A stretch of 59,153 bases of DNA, taken from positions 1 to 59,153 of the forward strand of contig JAGSHN010000009.1 of assembly GCA_029855935.1 (NCBI GenBank), written 5' to 3'. This document shows positions 49,217 through 59,074 of the stretch, one piece after another. The stretch is from Candidatus Thorarchaeota archaeon. Lineage in GTDB: Archaea; Asgardarchaeota; Thorarchaeia; Thorarchaeales; Thorarchaeaceae. Every line of letters begins with the position of its first letter. Positions within the stretch are counted from its first letter, which is position 1. The position numbers and the translations under genes were made by a program. Below the pieces are notes generated by a model. The model had not been told where the DNA came from. It did not search any database and was given only the letters and a program-made list of their open reading frames with translations.

Positions 49217-51472
49217 CTACTTTTCTCGTTGCGTCCCCGAGCCTCTAGTCGTTGGAAGCTGAAGCATAATTGACACAGAGAGGCGATTTCCGCTCTCAGC
49301 CTCAAAGGCATATCCGATGTTCCCTCCCAGGGCCTCGACTATGAACATGGCTTGTGTCAGAGCCGTCCCAGTCTGACTGAGGCCACTGGCATACCGAATC
49401 AGCATATCTCTCTTGACCCTTGCATTCTCTGCCTCGACCTCGATGACAATCTCAACGGCGAGCAGTCGGAGCCTGTTCTTCTCCAGCTCTGGGACCCTGC
49501 GGATATGGACGCTCCGAATGACGCCAATCCTCTTCAGTAGAAGCGAGAGTACACCCGCTATGGCATCAGCAATGGCAGGATCGGTCTTGACCAGCCACTC
49601 TTCGTGCTCTGTGTCGAACTCTGCAGCGCAACCGAAGGTGTCCAGTCTTATGATCGACTCGAGAACATCAACAAGATCGATCGTGGAGAGCTCCTCCTCT
49701 GGGACTGGAGTACGTCGGGCAATGAGCTGGGCGCTCTTGAGCAGCGACTGCGCTCTTGAGAGGCCACTGAGTGCCTTTGCAGACAGCTCAAGACGCTCCT
49801 CGTCACGTTTCTCCGACCCCATCGCCTCGACATAGTCACTGACCAGAGCAGTGATCTCCTCGAGTGCCGGCAGAGTGACGCTCTCCTCAAGGAGCATTCG
49901 TTCCTTGAGTTCGTCAGACTCGCTCACCACCCTAGCATACGTCCTGACAAGCTGTAGGATACTCGATGTTGCAACCGAATACAGGAGGAGCTCGCTTGTC
50001 CACCAGCCAATTGTCCAGGCCGCAAAATTGGCCCGGAGAATGGTCACGACCACCCACACGGTATTGAGAGCCGCGAGGCTTGCGTCGAAGGTGAGCCGCC
50101 CGCCATAGAATATCTGCATCGAATAGAATAGTCTTAGTAGTGCGTACAGGGCCAAGTAGGCAAAGCCCAACATCAGGGCTGACTCAAGAGCACCCAGCTC
50201 CGAAGACCGCATGACTCTGCTGACGGCAAGTCGCACTCCCTCAGTCCCTACAAGCACTCCCACCACAGCGAGAACGTAGATTGGGACGGAGGCCAGCGAC
50301 CAGTGTTCCCCTCCCGCAGCAGCTGGCGACACCGCGTGCCTATACGTTGACAGCAACAGTACAAAGGTGAACAGCGATCCCATCAGGTAGGGGACGATTG
50401 TCTCATTGCCACCGTACCACGGCAAGAAGAGAGAGGCAGCGACTGTGCCCTCGGCCACTGTCCAGAACATGAACAGAAAGGCTAGAGGTCTGTGCCAGTG
50501 CGCCAGCAGAGCTGTTCCCCTCCGATAGAAGAGGTACGTGCAGGCACCAGCCATCGCAGCAGCGGCAAAGTGCGAGAGGAATGACACGGGAGCGTTCTGA
50601 ATCATGCTCGTGGGCGCGTACGCATTCAACACGTAGGTCAGCACAACTGGGAGGACGATGATGGCCTGCACGACTGTGGCAAAAGCATAGCTTCGTCGCG
50701 CAGAGACGCCCATCTCCATCAGGGTCGGAGAGATCACACCGACATTGGCATAGACAAAGCCCATAGCTAGAAGGCCCATAGAGATGACCCACAGCGATGA
50801 GGGCTGGCTCACTATGACAGTGTGGACCAGGGCCGCACAGGCCATCGCCGCGAATGCTATGAACAGCCTGAAAGGCTGAATGATGCGGAAACTATGGCGC
50901 TTTCGGATGACTTCACCAGAGGCAAGAGCAAAGCAGAGAACGGATGTCACGCCAAGGCCACGCCCCAGAATAACGAGAGCATCGCTAGGCAGTGCCGACG
51001 TCACAGCGACGGACCCGAACAATGACACTCCGGAGCCGACTGCGACAATCAGCAGCTCGATGCGCATAGATGTCCACCAGGTGTCTTCAGGATACTGCCT
51101 CCCTACCAGACGCACGTATGCCACTAGAAGAACAGCGGCGACTGTCAGTGCCACGAGGTTCGTGAAGATGCCCTCTGTCGTTGCGTGAGCCGCCAGCGGC
51201 GCGCTCTTCGCTATGTTGATCAGCGACGACGCACCCAGGACCACGAATCCCGTGAGAGCCGTCCCGGCAAGGACTGCATTGGAGGGCGTATCGTCAATCC
51301 GCTGAAGCTCCAAGAGCGAAACGGAGAGAATCATCGTCAGAAATGCAAGCGCAGAATAGATTGCCGCCGCCCCTGATGGCGAGTCCCACGGAGGCCCGCT
51401 CACATAGAAGATGATAACAAGAGCAAGCATTATCAGGAGACCGATGAGTCTGGGCCTTGCGTCGACGCTCAT
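49217..51472 (-). CDS. Polytopic membrane protein (about 14 TM) with degenerate histidine-kinase-like C-terminus
   Basis: Long hydrophobic region, coiled linker, IDLVDVL and IVEALGGNI (HATPase-like), but no H-box His, N-box or G-boxes. Confidence 0.65.
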   Translation of the reverse strand: MSVDARPRLIGLLIMLALVIIFYVSGPPWDSPSGAAAIYSALAFLTMILSVSLLELQRIDDTPSNAVLAGTALTGFVVLGASSLINIAKSAPLAAHATTEGIFTNLVALTVAAVLLVAYVRLVGRQYPEDTWWTSMRIELLIVAVGSGVSLFGSVAVTSALPSDALVILGRGLGVTSVLCFALASGEVIRKRHSFRIIQPFRLFIAFAAMACAALVHTVIVSQPSSLWVISMGLLAMGFVYANVGVISPTLMEMGVSARRSYAFATVVQAIIVLPVVLTYVLNAYAPTSMIQNAPVSFLSHFAAAAMAGACTYLFYRRGTALLAHWHRPLAFLFMFWTVAEGTVAASLFLPWYGGNETIVPYLMGSLFTFVLLLSTYRHAVSPAAAGGEHWSLASVPIYVLAVVGVLVGTEGVRLAVSRVMRSSELGALESALMLGFAYLALYALLRLFYSMQIFYGGRLTFDASLAALNTVWVVVTILRANFAAWTIGWWTSELLLYSVATSSILQLVRTYARVVSESDELKERMLLEESVTLPALEEITALVSDYVEAMGSEKRDEERLELSAKALSGLSRAQSLLKSAQLIARRTPVPEEELSTIDLVDVLESIIRLDTFGCAAEFDTEHEEWLVKTDPAIADAIAGVLSLLLKRIGVIRSVHIRRVPELEKNRLRLLAVEIVIEVEAENARVKRDMLIRYASGLSQTGTALTQAMFIVEALGGNIGYAFEAESGNRLSVSIMLQLPTTRGSGTQREK

Positions 51473-51653
51473 CTATGGCACATCCTAATATCTGGTCATA
51501 TGTGCATTGAAGACAGACAAATATCCTTTGGGGTGCTGCCACATCGAGGAGGACATTGCGTTGCCGAGGACATGGGCGGTTGCAGCCGAGAGTCTCCAGC
51601 GGCCGAAAGGTGCAGCACAGTCTGCCCCGAATACAGGCGCTAGGTGAACCAGA

Positions 51654-52358
51654 ATGGATAGCGAAGATGTATGGAATGACACATCGTGGCTCACTAACGC
51701 ACGAATGCTTCTGGCCTGGCTCCGCGCGCAGAGCCCTCGTGAGGTGGTTCTGCTCATTCTGCGTCACTCGCACAGGGCTCAGATTGACAGTCACGACGTG
51801 ACTCTCGCCGCAGGCCTCACGGACATTGGGCGTATCACCTCCTACGAGATGGGACGTAGGCTCCCGACCGACCGTCCTGTCCGTTTCTTCACCAGTTTTG
51901 TCCCACGGTGCTTCGAGACGGCCGAGATGATGGCACAGGGTCTCAGGGATGCTGGTGGGGAGTTCATTGACATTGATCCGCTACCTGTGCTTGTCATGCC
52001 AGAGTACACTGACCGGATGGTGTGGGCGGAACTCCAACCTGATGGACTGAATGTCCACGAGTTTGTCAACCGCTGGGCAGACGGAGAGTTCACGGGACGC
52101 GTTCAAGACCTGCAGGAGTACGGGGCACATCTGTTCGCAGAGACCGTCGAGAGGGCAATCAACGCGGGTCCAAGCGAGCTGCACATCCACGTGACACACG
52201 ACCTCGCCATAATGGTCATGAAGCGATTGGTTCTCGGCCGTGCGCTGCAACGCGACGATCGGGAGAACTACCTCGGTGGACTGGGGATTCGTGCCTATGC
52301 CGATGGCCGGTACGATGTCATCTCTGGTCGCGATCTCATTGCCCGCTCCCAGGGCTGA
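51654..52358 (+). CDS. Histidine phosphatase superfamily protein
   Basis: LILRHS, LTDIG, TS...RC.ETA, HVTHD. Confidence 0.85.
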   Translation: MDSEDVWNDTSWLTNARMLLAWLRAQSPREVVLLILRHSHRAQIDSHDVTLAAGLTDIGRITSYEMGRRLPTDRPVRFFTSFVPRCFETAEMMAQGLRDAGGEFIDIDPLPVLVMPEYTDRMVWAELQPDGLNVHEFVNRWADGEFTGRVQDLQEYGAHLFAETVERAINAGPSELHIHVTHDLAIMVMKRLVLGRALQRDDRENYLGGLGIRAYADGRYDVISGRDLIARSQG

Positions 52359-52468
52359 GTGTCGGTCATCTGTATTGTCTGAGAACGGCGCAGGCGGGGA
52401 GACCCTATCTGCCGTACGAATGTTGATATGGGCAGCCTTCTGAAGATTGACGGTTGTAAAGAGAGGAG

Positions 52469-54115
52469 TTGAGAAGAAGCTTGTTCAGAGCAAGTTCCGA
52501 GGCAATACCGGCGTCACGAGACGTCGTCCCAGAGGTGCCCTTCGTCCTCCGCCTGGATCTATCGCGGGTGGACTCTGCTGCGTCGACCATTGTTGGTACA
52601 CCGATATCTTGCTACAAGTGCGGTGCGTTTGTGGAAGATGTTGCCGAGATCAAGGAAGACCCGAAGGTGGGCAAGCATTTCGTGTGCAGGTTTTGCGGCA
52701 CACTCAACATCGTGAAGGACGAGATCATCATTGCAGGACCGGACACAGAGATTGTCATCTCGGAGCCGGAGAAACCTGAGGAGGAGACGACGGTCGAGGG
52801 CCAGGACCTGAAGATGGGCTCCCTGCTGGCTGTGATAGACGTGTCCGGGTCGATGCAGGGAGCGAACCTCGCGGCAGTGAAACGGAGTCTTCTTGGGACG
52901 CTCAACAGTCTTGCGAGCAACTCCCCTGCCACCAAGTTCGGCCTCATCACATTCAGCACAGAGGTCTCCATAGTCGATATGATCGGAGGCAAGGTGCATA
53001 CGGTCCCTCCTGGGGCCTACAATAGCATCGATGCACTGATCAAGGAGGCCAAGAGAATCTCGGACGGCGTCCGTCTGGTGAAAGTGGGCGAGAACATCGA
53101 GTCTTTGAGGAAACAGGTGAACTCACTCTACGCTCAGGCATCCACGGCACTGGGGCCTGCTGTTGTCACCGCGTACGCGATGGCCGAGATGAAGGGGATT
53201 GACCGGGTCATTGTCTTGACCGACGGTCTGGCCAATGAGGGCATCGGCTCGTTTGAGGCAGTGCAGGTGCCTCCGGCGTCGGAGTTCTACTCCAAGATGG
53301 GCGATATGTTTCGAGAGTCCGGGACCGTCGTCGACATCGTGGGCATCGAGTCAGGTTCAGGGATGGAGCTGCGAACGCTCGGATCGATGCCACTTGCGAC
53401 AGGAGGCCAGATGTTTCTCGTCACACCCAGCGAGCTTGACAGGTCGCTTGCCGAGCTCGGGGGTCGTCGCGTCCTCGGTCGTGACGCTGTCGTGCGCCTG
53501 ATATCTCATCCCTCGATCCGCGTCGAGGATGTTGCTGGAGTGTCTCGGGCCATCGAGTCAGAGCTGAGAGAGTCACGGGAGGCAAGGCTTGCTGGAATAA
53601 CAGAGGACACAGAGCTGTACCTCAGCGTCGCTCCTGAGTCGAAGATTGACGCCGACGAGGTGCCGGTCCAAATTCAGGTGGAGTACACTGCGCCTGACGG
53701 CTCACGACGAATGCGTGTGATGACCAAGAAGTTCAAGGTGGCAAGAAAGAAGGAAGATGTCCTCAAGTCGCTCGACCCAGAGATACCCGCCGCCTTTGCC
53801 GTCCAGAAGGCCGGTGAGGAGTCGTTCCTCGGTGCAACAGATGCAGCTCAGTCGCGTCTTCAGAATCTGGAAGTCTTCTTCGAGGAGCAGGCCAAGGTGA
53901 GGCCTGCAGCCGCTGCCAAGAGGTTCAAGAAGGCGGCACGCGTCATCGGTCAGGAGAGATTCACGCTGGAGGAAGAGGTCCAGGCAGCCGCAGCTCCCTC
54001 GGCGGCGCCTCAGGCGAGAGATGCGTTTTCTGTGGCACAGATGGCACGGATGAGAAAGAAGAGCGACGACCTGTTCAAGGACGACGCTGGCGAGTCGGAG
54101 GAGGAAGAGGAATAG
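52469..54115 (+). CDS. Sec23/Sec24-like protein (zinc finger, vWA trunk, beta-sandwich, helical tail)
   Basis: CYKCGA...CRFCG, IDVSGS, TALGPA, LTDGLANEG.G, ATGG, QIQVEYT..DGSRRMRV.T. Confidence 0.8.
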   Translation: MRRSLFRASSEAIPASRDVVPEVPFVLRLDLSRVDSAASTIVGTPISCYKCGAFVEDVAEIKEDPKVGKHFVCRFCGTLNIVKDEIIIAGPDTEIVISEPEKPEEETTVEGQDLKMGSLLAVIDVSGSMQGANLAAVKRSLLGTLNSLASNSPATKFGLITFSTEVSIVDMIGGKVHTVPPGAYNSIDALIKEAKRISDGVRLVKVGENIESLRKQVNSLYAQASTALGPAVVTAYAMAEMKGIDRVIVLTDGLANEGIGSFEAVQVPPASEFYSKMGDMFRESGTVVDIVGIESGSGMELRTLGSMPLATGGQMFLVTPSELDRSLAELGGRRVLGRDAVVRLISHPSIRVEDVAGVSRAIESELRESREARLAGITEDTELYLSVAPESKIDADEVPVQIQVEYTAPDGSRRMRVMTKKFKVARKKEDVLKSLDPEIPAAFAVQKAGEESFLGATDAAQSRLQNLEVFFEEQAKVRPAAAAKRFKKAARVIGQERFTLEEEVQAAAAPSAAPQARDAFSVAQMARMRKKSDDLFKDDAGESEEEEE

Positions 54116-54151
54116 TTCACGGTCTCGTGACAGCGACACAGATTCCGCCAC

Positions 54152-54919
54152 TCAATGAATGACTGGTGGCAGCAGGTACCCGAAGCCAATGCTCAGACCG
54201 AAGAGCACTGCCAACCAGAGGCCAAACCGGCGGAGTATCACTGCGAGCATCACACCGACCACCTTGAATGTGTAACTGTGGATGCTCTTCACGACACGTG
54301 ACCTGCGCTTCTTCGAGTACGTGACTGAGACAGGCATCTCGACAATCCTCATCCTCTTGAGCGAGAGGTCCATCACCATCTGTTGCGTGTAGGTGAAGAC
54401 GCGCATCAGGTCCATCGCCTCGGCGGCCCGACGAGACATCGCTCGGAAACCACACTGGGTGTCGTAGATTCTGCGACCGACCAACACGGATACTATCGCA
54501 CTCACGATCTGGTTGCCAATCCGCTTGATCGTTGGAATGCTGTCGGCAGCCCGGCCGAGGAGCCGCGAGCCCAGCACGACATCTGCCTTGCCGTCAATTA
54601 TTGGCGTTATCAGCCGAGGTATCTCATCCGGGTCGAACTGACCATCAGCATCGATGTTGACTATGATGTCCGCGCCTCTGTGCAGTGCTATGGTCACACC
54701 ACTTGCAAAGGCGTTGACGACACCGCAGTTCTGCCTGTGTCTGTACACAACGTCTGCACCAGCCGCCCTTGCAGCCTCTGAAGTGTTGTCGTCGGAGCCG
54801 TCATCCACAACAATGACCTCCGTATGATCGACACCCGGGTCACTCCGTGGTATTGAGGCGACTACTGTTCCTATCTTTGAGGCCTCATTGTAGGCGGGGA
54901 TGATCACGGCAAGTCTCAC
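54152..54919 (-). CDS. GT2 glycosyltransferase, Dol-P-sugar synthase (DPM1)-like
   Basis: IIPAYNE, VVDDGSDD, DADGQ, DTQCGFR, C-terminal TM. Confidence 0.92.
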   Translation of the reverse strand: MRLAVIIPAYNEASKIGTVVASIPRSDPGVDHTEVIVVDDGSDDNTSEAARAAGADVVYRHRQNCGVVNAFASGVTIALHRGADIIVNIDADGQFDPDEIPRLITPIIDGKADVVLGSRLLGRAADSIPTIKRIGNQIVSAIVSVLVGRRIYDTQCGFRAMSRRAAEAMDLMRVFTYTQQMVMDLSLKRMRIVEMPVSVTYSKKRRSRVVKSIHSYTFKVVGVMLAVILRRFGLWLAVLFGLSIGFGYLLPPVIH

Positions 54920-55206
54920 GGTTCTCCCACACTGTGCAGAACGTGATGTCCCAGCCGTTTGTCGCCCAAGATAAGGGTTCCGTGGGTCAAGTGCACCTCT
55001 TCACACTCGCCTTGCTCTGGCGGGGGAAGCCGAAGACTGAACTCGTTCTCAAACTCTCATCGGGACAGGAGATTGTGGTCGGACGATACTAGGCAAAGGA
55101 CTGGTAGAAAGCTCCGCGGTGATGCCAATTGCACCAGTGGGAAAACGGGCAAACCGGTGAAAAACCCATCCCCAAGAGTTATCAATCCTCAAATCAACTT
55201 AAAGAC

Positions 55207-55476
55207 GTGATAGCGGAGAGAGAGATATCGGAACTTGCCGAGCTTCTCGGAATGAGTAAGGATGAAGCACTGAGAAGAGCACTGGAAGAGGGAATAAGAG
55301 AGTCAAGACTAAAGAAGTCCATAGAACTCTACGCTGCAGACAGAGTGAGCGTCAAACAGGCTGCGAGAATTGCCGGGTTGAGCCTTGCTGAATGGTTTGA
55401 AGTGGCAAGAGAAAAGGGACTGCTTGTTCAGATTGAGCCCGATGAGATAGAAGATGAGGTCAAGGCCCTAGAATGA
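55207..55476 (+). CDS. UPF0175-family antitoxin
   Basis: SIELY...VSVKQAARIAGLSL.EW...AREKG; ATGA overlap with a PIN gene. Confidence 0.8.
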   Translation: MIAEREISELAELLGMSKDEALRRALEEGIRESRLKKSIELYAADRVSVKQAARIAGLSLAEWFEVAREKGLLVQIEPDEIEDEVKALE

Positions 55477-55945
55477 TCATAGCGGATTCAACTGTTCTCA
55501 TAGTCCTTGGCAATATTAGAGAGCTGAGGCTGCTCCCAAGATTTCTGGTTCCTGAGAGGGTTCTGAAGGAGATCACGAAAGAACCCACAAAGGGTGCCCT
55601 TGGGGATGTCAGGGTCTTCAAGCCATCCGCGGATTCGAGGAGATGAGCACTACGAATACTCGGTGACAAAGAGAAGACAGAAGATTCGGATGTTGTTGCA
55701 TCACTGCTCGACCTCGGCCATACGGTTGCAACAGATGACAGAAGAGTTTGAAACGTCTGCAGAGCTCTGGGCGGAAGAGCGAATGGGGCTCTGGGAATAC
55801 TCATTCATTCCGTGAAAACGGGGAAGACATCGAAGGCCGAGGCCCTTGAGATACTCCAAGCGGCTCGATGCTGCAGGCTCTAGAATGAGTGTGGAGTTCT
55901 ATGAGCGAGTCAAGAGGATGATAGAAAGCGCCTTCAAATACTCGA
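55473..55945 (+). pseudogene. DUF3368-type PIN toxin pseudogene
   Basis: MIIADSTVLI...VP..V..EI...ATDDRRV*NVC...G.LGIL...; in-frame TGA at 55644 and 55749 and a frameshift near 55857 (continues KRLDAAGSRMSVEFYE). Confidence 0.8.
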
Positions 55946-56057
55946 CAGACGCCATCAAGCAGTGGTTGCGTTGTCTCAAGACTCTTGGCTCAGATTCCTC
56001 CCTATGGCCTCTCACGGATCTGGGAGGTCATAGTCGATTGCGTCAGCTGCGCCCTGT

Positions 56058-57503
56058 CTATGTCTTCTTCTTATTTCTCAGCCGCCTCAATCTCCTCCTC
56101 CGTCTCTCTGAGTAGTAGATGTAGACTCCAGGTGAGGCGATCAGAGTCAGAAGTAGAAGTCCCGGCACGAATGGTGCAATGACACTCAGGACGTCAATTG
56201 ATGGAAGACCCCACGATCCTCCTCCCAGCGCAGTGGTGGTACTGGTTGAGTTCCCAAACTCCCTGTTCGTCAACTCTATGTACCAATCCGGAATCGTGTG
56301 CTTGGGATAATGGAAGACTGTTATGTTCTCCTCGAGAAGGTCAATCCGTCCCAACAACTCAAGAATGTCTGTCGCCACCTTCGTGAAATAGAGCTTCTCC
56401 TCCCACTCATCCATGTGGTCCGGAACGGGGTCGAACCCTCCATTCTGTGCGGACTGACAGTCGAGTACCCACGTCAACACAGCATCGAGATTCACCCTGT
56501 CCAGTGTCCCCATATGGTCCAGCGACCAGAGTATTCGATACAGGGTGACTATCGTATGGTCCGGTACGTCCCCTGTGTTGTTGTCAAGGAACTGAAGCGT
56601 GAAGTTCGTTGTCTCCTCAGTCCTGATCAGGTCAGTCCGTCCCAGTGCCTCCAGCGCCATTATCCCCAGTGGGACAGCACCCACGAGCGACTCATCTGTT
56701 GGCGTGTTGGAGAATCCACCATCGTCTCTGTAGCAGGAGAGAACAAAGTTCAGAGCCGCGTCCTGGTCAATCATATCGAGGCGTCCCAGACGTCTGAGCG
56801 TTCTGAGTGCAAAGGCTGTGCCAATCATTGTGGCACTCTCCGCAATCTCATCGGAAAAGGGAGCTGTCCCAAATCCACCATCTGTCTTCTGCAGACTACT
56901 CAGGAAGTGAGCAATCTCATTCGGAAATACCCATTCCTCCAGTCCCAGTTCAGGGTAGTATTCAGCCGCTGTGTAACAAGTGCCGACACCAGGCGCGCTA
57001 TCAATTGTAAAGTTAGGAAGGTGATAGAAACTACTCTCGGGGTCTAGATTGATCAGGCTCTTGAGGAAATTCTTGCACTTGCTCCAGTCAATGAGGTCAG
57101 TCGCATTCAACCTCTTCAGAACGAAATATCCGTCAAACACATTGTCGGGGCTGGGGTTGTGATGAATCCTTGGGTCCCACGGAGCCTGCGTGAGGAACCC
57201 ATAGAACACGGCATAGTCACCATCGTAGACATCCAGATCATCATCGTAGAGAGCCATGACAAAATCGATGATTGCCTGGCGACGCGTGGCGTGATGAATC
57301 TCGTTGGATGCGATGTCCCCAGCGTTGGTAACATTGAGGGGGTCTGACGCACTGACAGGATCTGGCCCGCACGGGAACTGCATCTGCACGGTCAGCACCA
57401 GTACACAGACAAGCAGGGCAAGAGACCACCTCTTCAAGTCGCCATCACCATCCCACCAGACAAGAGAGAATGAAGAGTGATTCTTCATCTCCCGGTTCCT
57501 CAT
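56058..57503 (-). CDS. Membrane-anchored prenyltransferase/squalene-oxidase-repeat (alpha6/alpha6 barrel) protein
   Basis: FLSSLQKTDGGF, FVLSCYRDDGGF, WVLDCQSAQNGGF; N-terminal signal or TM, C-terminal TM plus basic tail. Confidence 0.8.
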   Translation of the reverse strand: MRNREMKNHSSFSLVWWDGDGDLKRWSLALLVCVLVLTVQMQFPCGPDPVSASDPLNVTNAGDIASNEIHHATRRQAIIDFVMALYDDDLDVYDGDYAVFYGFLTQAPWDPRIHHNPSPDNVFDGYFVLKRLNATDLIDWSKCKNFLKSLINLDPESSFYHLPNFTIDSAPGVGTCYTAAEYYPELGLEEWVFPNEIAHFLSSLQKTDGGFGTAPFSDEIAESATMIGTAFALRTLRRLGRLDMIDQDAALNFVLSCYRDDGGFSNTPTDESLVGAVPLGIMALEALGRTDLIRTEETTNFTLQFLDNNTGDVPDHTIVTLYRILWSLDHMGTLDRVNLDAVLTWVLDCQSAQNGGFDPVPDHMDEWEEKLYFTKVATDILELLGRIDLLEENITVFHYPKHTIPDWYIELTNREFGNSTSTTTALGGGSWGLPSIDVLSVIAPFVPGLLLLTLIASPGVYIYYSERRRRRLRRLRNKKKT

Positions 57504-57980
57504 TGTCGGATCCGTCTATATCAAAGTGTCGTGTGTCAAGCTGGTAGTTTCAATCTTTTTCAGCAGAGGTCCGCTATAGTCTCTAGAATACTTACATATA
57601 TCTGAACAAGTCCCGGTTGGAGTCGGTGCCAGTCCCGAAATATTCGATTTGCGTAGAGATTCAAGTGATTGTTCTGCGGGTCCAAAAGCGCGGCCTTTCT
57701 CAACTTGTGTAACTCTAGAACCAGCAACATCAGACCACAATCTCGTCTGCAGACTGAGGCGGCTCTGTTTGTCCCGGCTGGCCCCACGGTGATAGGATAG
57801 CCGCGGCTAGGCCAAAGAGACGTTGAGGGAGCTCCGGTCCGGTCGCAGCCGTTGTGTTGTCCTCACGGAATCGTATCGTGTTGTCTTGTCTTGGAGTGGC
57901 GTCTCTCTTGCGGAGAGTTTATCTCAATTCAGATTCATATGTAGCCATCAGAATCAGTACAGACCTTCAGGTGATGCGTC

Positions 57981-58235
57981 TTGAGTCTGGCAATTGAGGG
58001 TCAAGTCGGAAAGAAGCATACGATATACATTCCAAAGGCGGTGGTCGAGAAGGTGGGCCTCACAGAAGGGATGAGAATCCTCATCACCGTCGAGGACAAC
58101 AGAATCATCATCGAGCCGCTCCCGGACCCTGTCACGTTGGCACTGCACGGGAAGAAGTTTGCTACTGTGGGTCTTGAGGAACTGGAGGCCATAAGTCGTG
58201 AGGAGCAGTCCAGAATCACGGAAGATTCTTCTTGA
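57981..58235 (+). CDS. AbrB/MazE-family antitoxin
   Basis: VGKKHTIYIPKAV...GL.EG......VEDNRIIIEP. Confidence 0.88.
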   Translation: MSLAIEGQVGKKHTIYIPKAVVEKVGLTEGMRILITVEDNRIIIEPLPDPVTLALHGKKFATVGLEELEAISREEQSRITEDSS

Positions 58236-58650
58236 CACTTCCTTCCTCCTGCCAACTCTTGGAATCCGTGTGCAGGAAGAAGTGAATGATGCACTTCAGA
58301 AACTACATCCCCGGACCGAGAAGATCTTCTACTCTGAAGCAAGTCTCCTTGAATGCATATGGCTGGCCAAGGGACTAATCAGAAAAGGCAAGTATGACGA
58401 AGCGATCTTTCGAAGAGGACTACTCAGTATCACAAAGACCGGCTACTACGATGTTCTTCATCCGAGTGCTGAAGACTACCTCTTCGCGCTGAGACTATGC
58501 GAACTTGGGCACACAGACATGATTGACAACCTGCTGTACGCAATCGCCTTGAACAATATGTGCTGGTTTCTCACCATAGATGAGACGTTTGAGACCTTCA
58601 TTGAGAAGCAGGACTTTCAGAATGTGATTCTGACACCGAAGACACTCTGA
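58198..58650 (+). CDS. vapC: PIN-domain (VapC-like) toxin
   Basis: ILLDTSFL, SLLE, DMIDNLLYAIA, FLTID. Confidence 0.85.
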   Translation: MRSSPESRKILLDTSFLLPTLGIRVQEEVNDALQKLHPRTEKIFYSEASLLECIWLAKGLIRKGKYDEAIFRRGLLSITKTGYYDVLHPSAEDYLFALRLCELGHTDMIDNLLYAIALNNMCWFLTIDETFETFIEKQDFQNVILTPKTL

Positions 58651-59074
58651 TTGTGGGTAGGGCGTTTGATAGCGCACAGACCAGTTCACGGAAAGACAAT
58701 GCAAGACTTGAATTACAGGCTTCCGTCGTCCTTCTGCTAACTGAACAAGAACGGGTGTTGGGTGCGTCCTTCGCTTCCTGTTCTCCCCTCGTTGGGCTCA
58801 CGCACATCGTCAGACTATCACCTTTGCAATGCCGGAGAGCTGAGGCCAATCCCCAGACTCATATCTCCTGAGGAGGTTCTGAAGGAAGTTGCGAATGTAG
58901 CCATTGGGCGATGCGGTGGACCGTAGAGAATGTCTGCAATGTGCCATCATAGCTCGACTCTCAGTGCCATTGGCCGCCAGACATCGAGCCGCCACGGGAT
59001 GGAGGTCCCCCGAGGACTGCTTGCAGATTCTGTCGCGTGGGTGACACCATCCCGTGGTCTGTGATTGTGACGAG

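Noticed and set aside
31-55945. Stop-codon recoding (Sec or Pyl) to explain in-frame TGA/TAG at 217, 415, 439, about 5600-5640, 55644 and 55749
   Set aside because: The stops are of mixed type, often accompanied by frameshifts, and not at recognisable Cys positions. Intact genes end normally in TAG or TGA.
33785-57503. CAAX-processing triad (M48/Ste24-like, ICMT-like, prenyltransferase-like)
   Set aside because: The genes are about 10 kb apart, the M48 lacks catalytic residues, the barrel looks extracellular, and the ICMT-like gene is explained by the copper locus.
57516-57800. Possible transposase remnant in the A/T-rich spacer
   Set aside because: No catalytic motif or terminal inverted repeats are recognisable.
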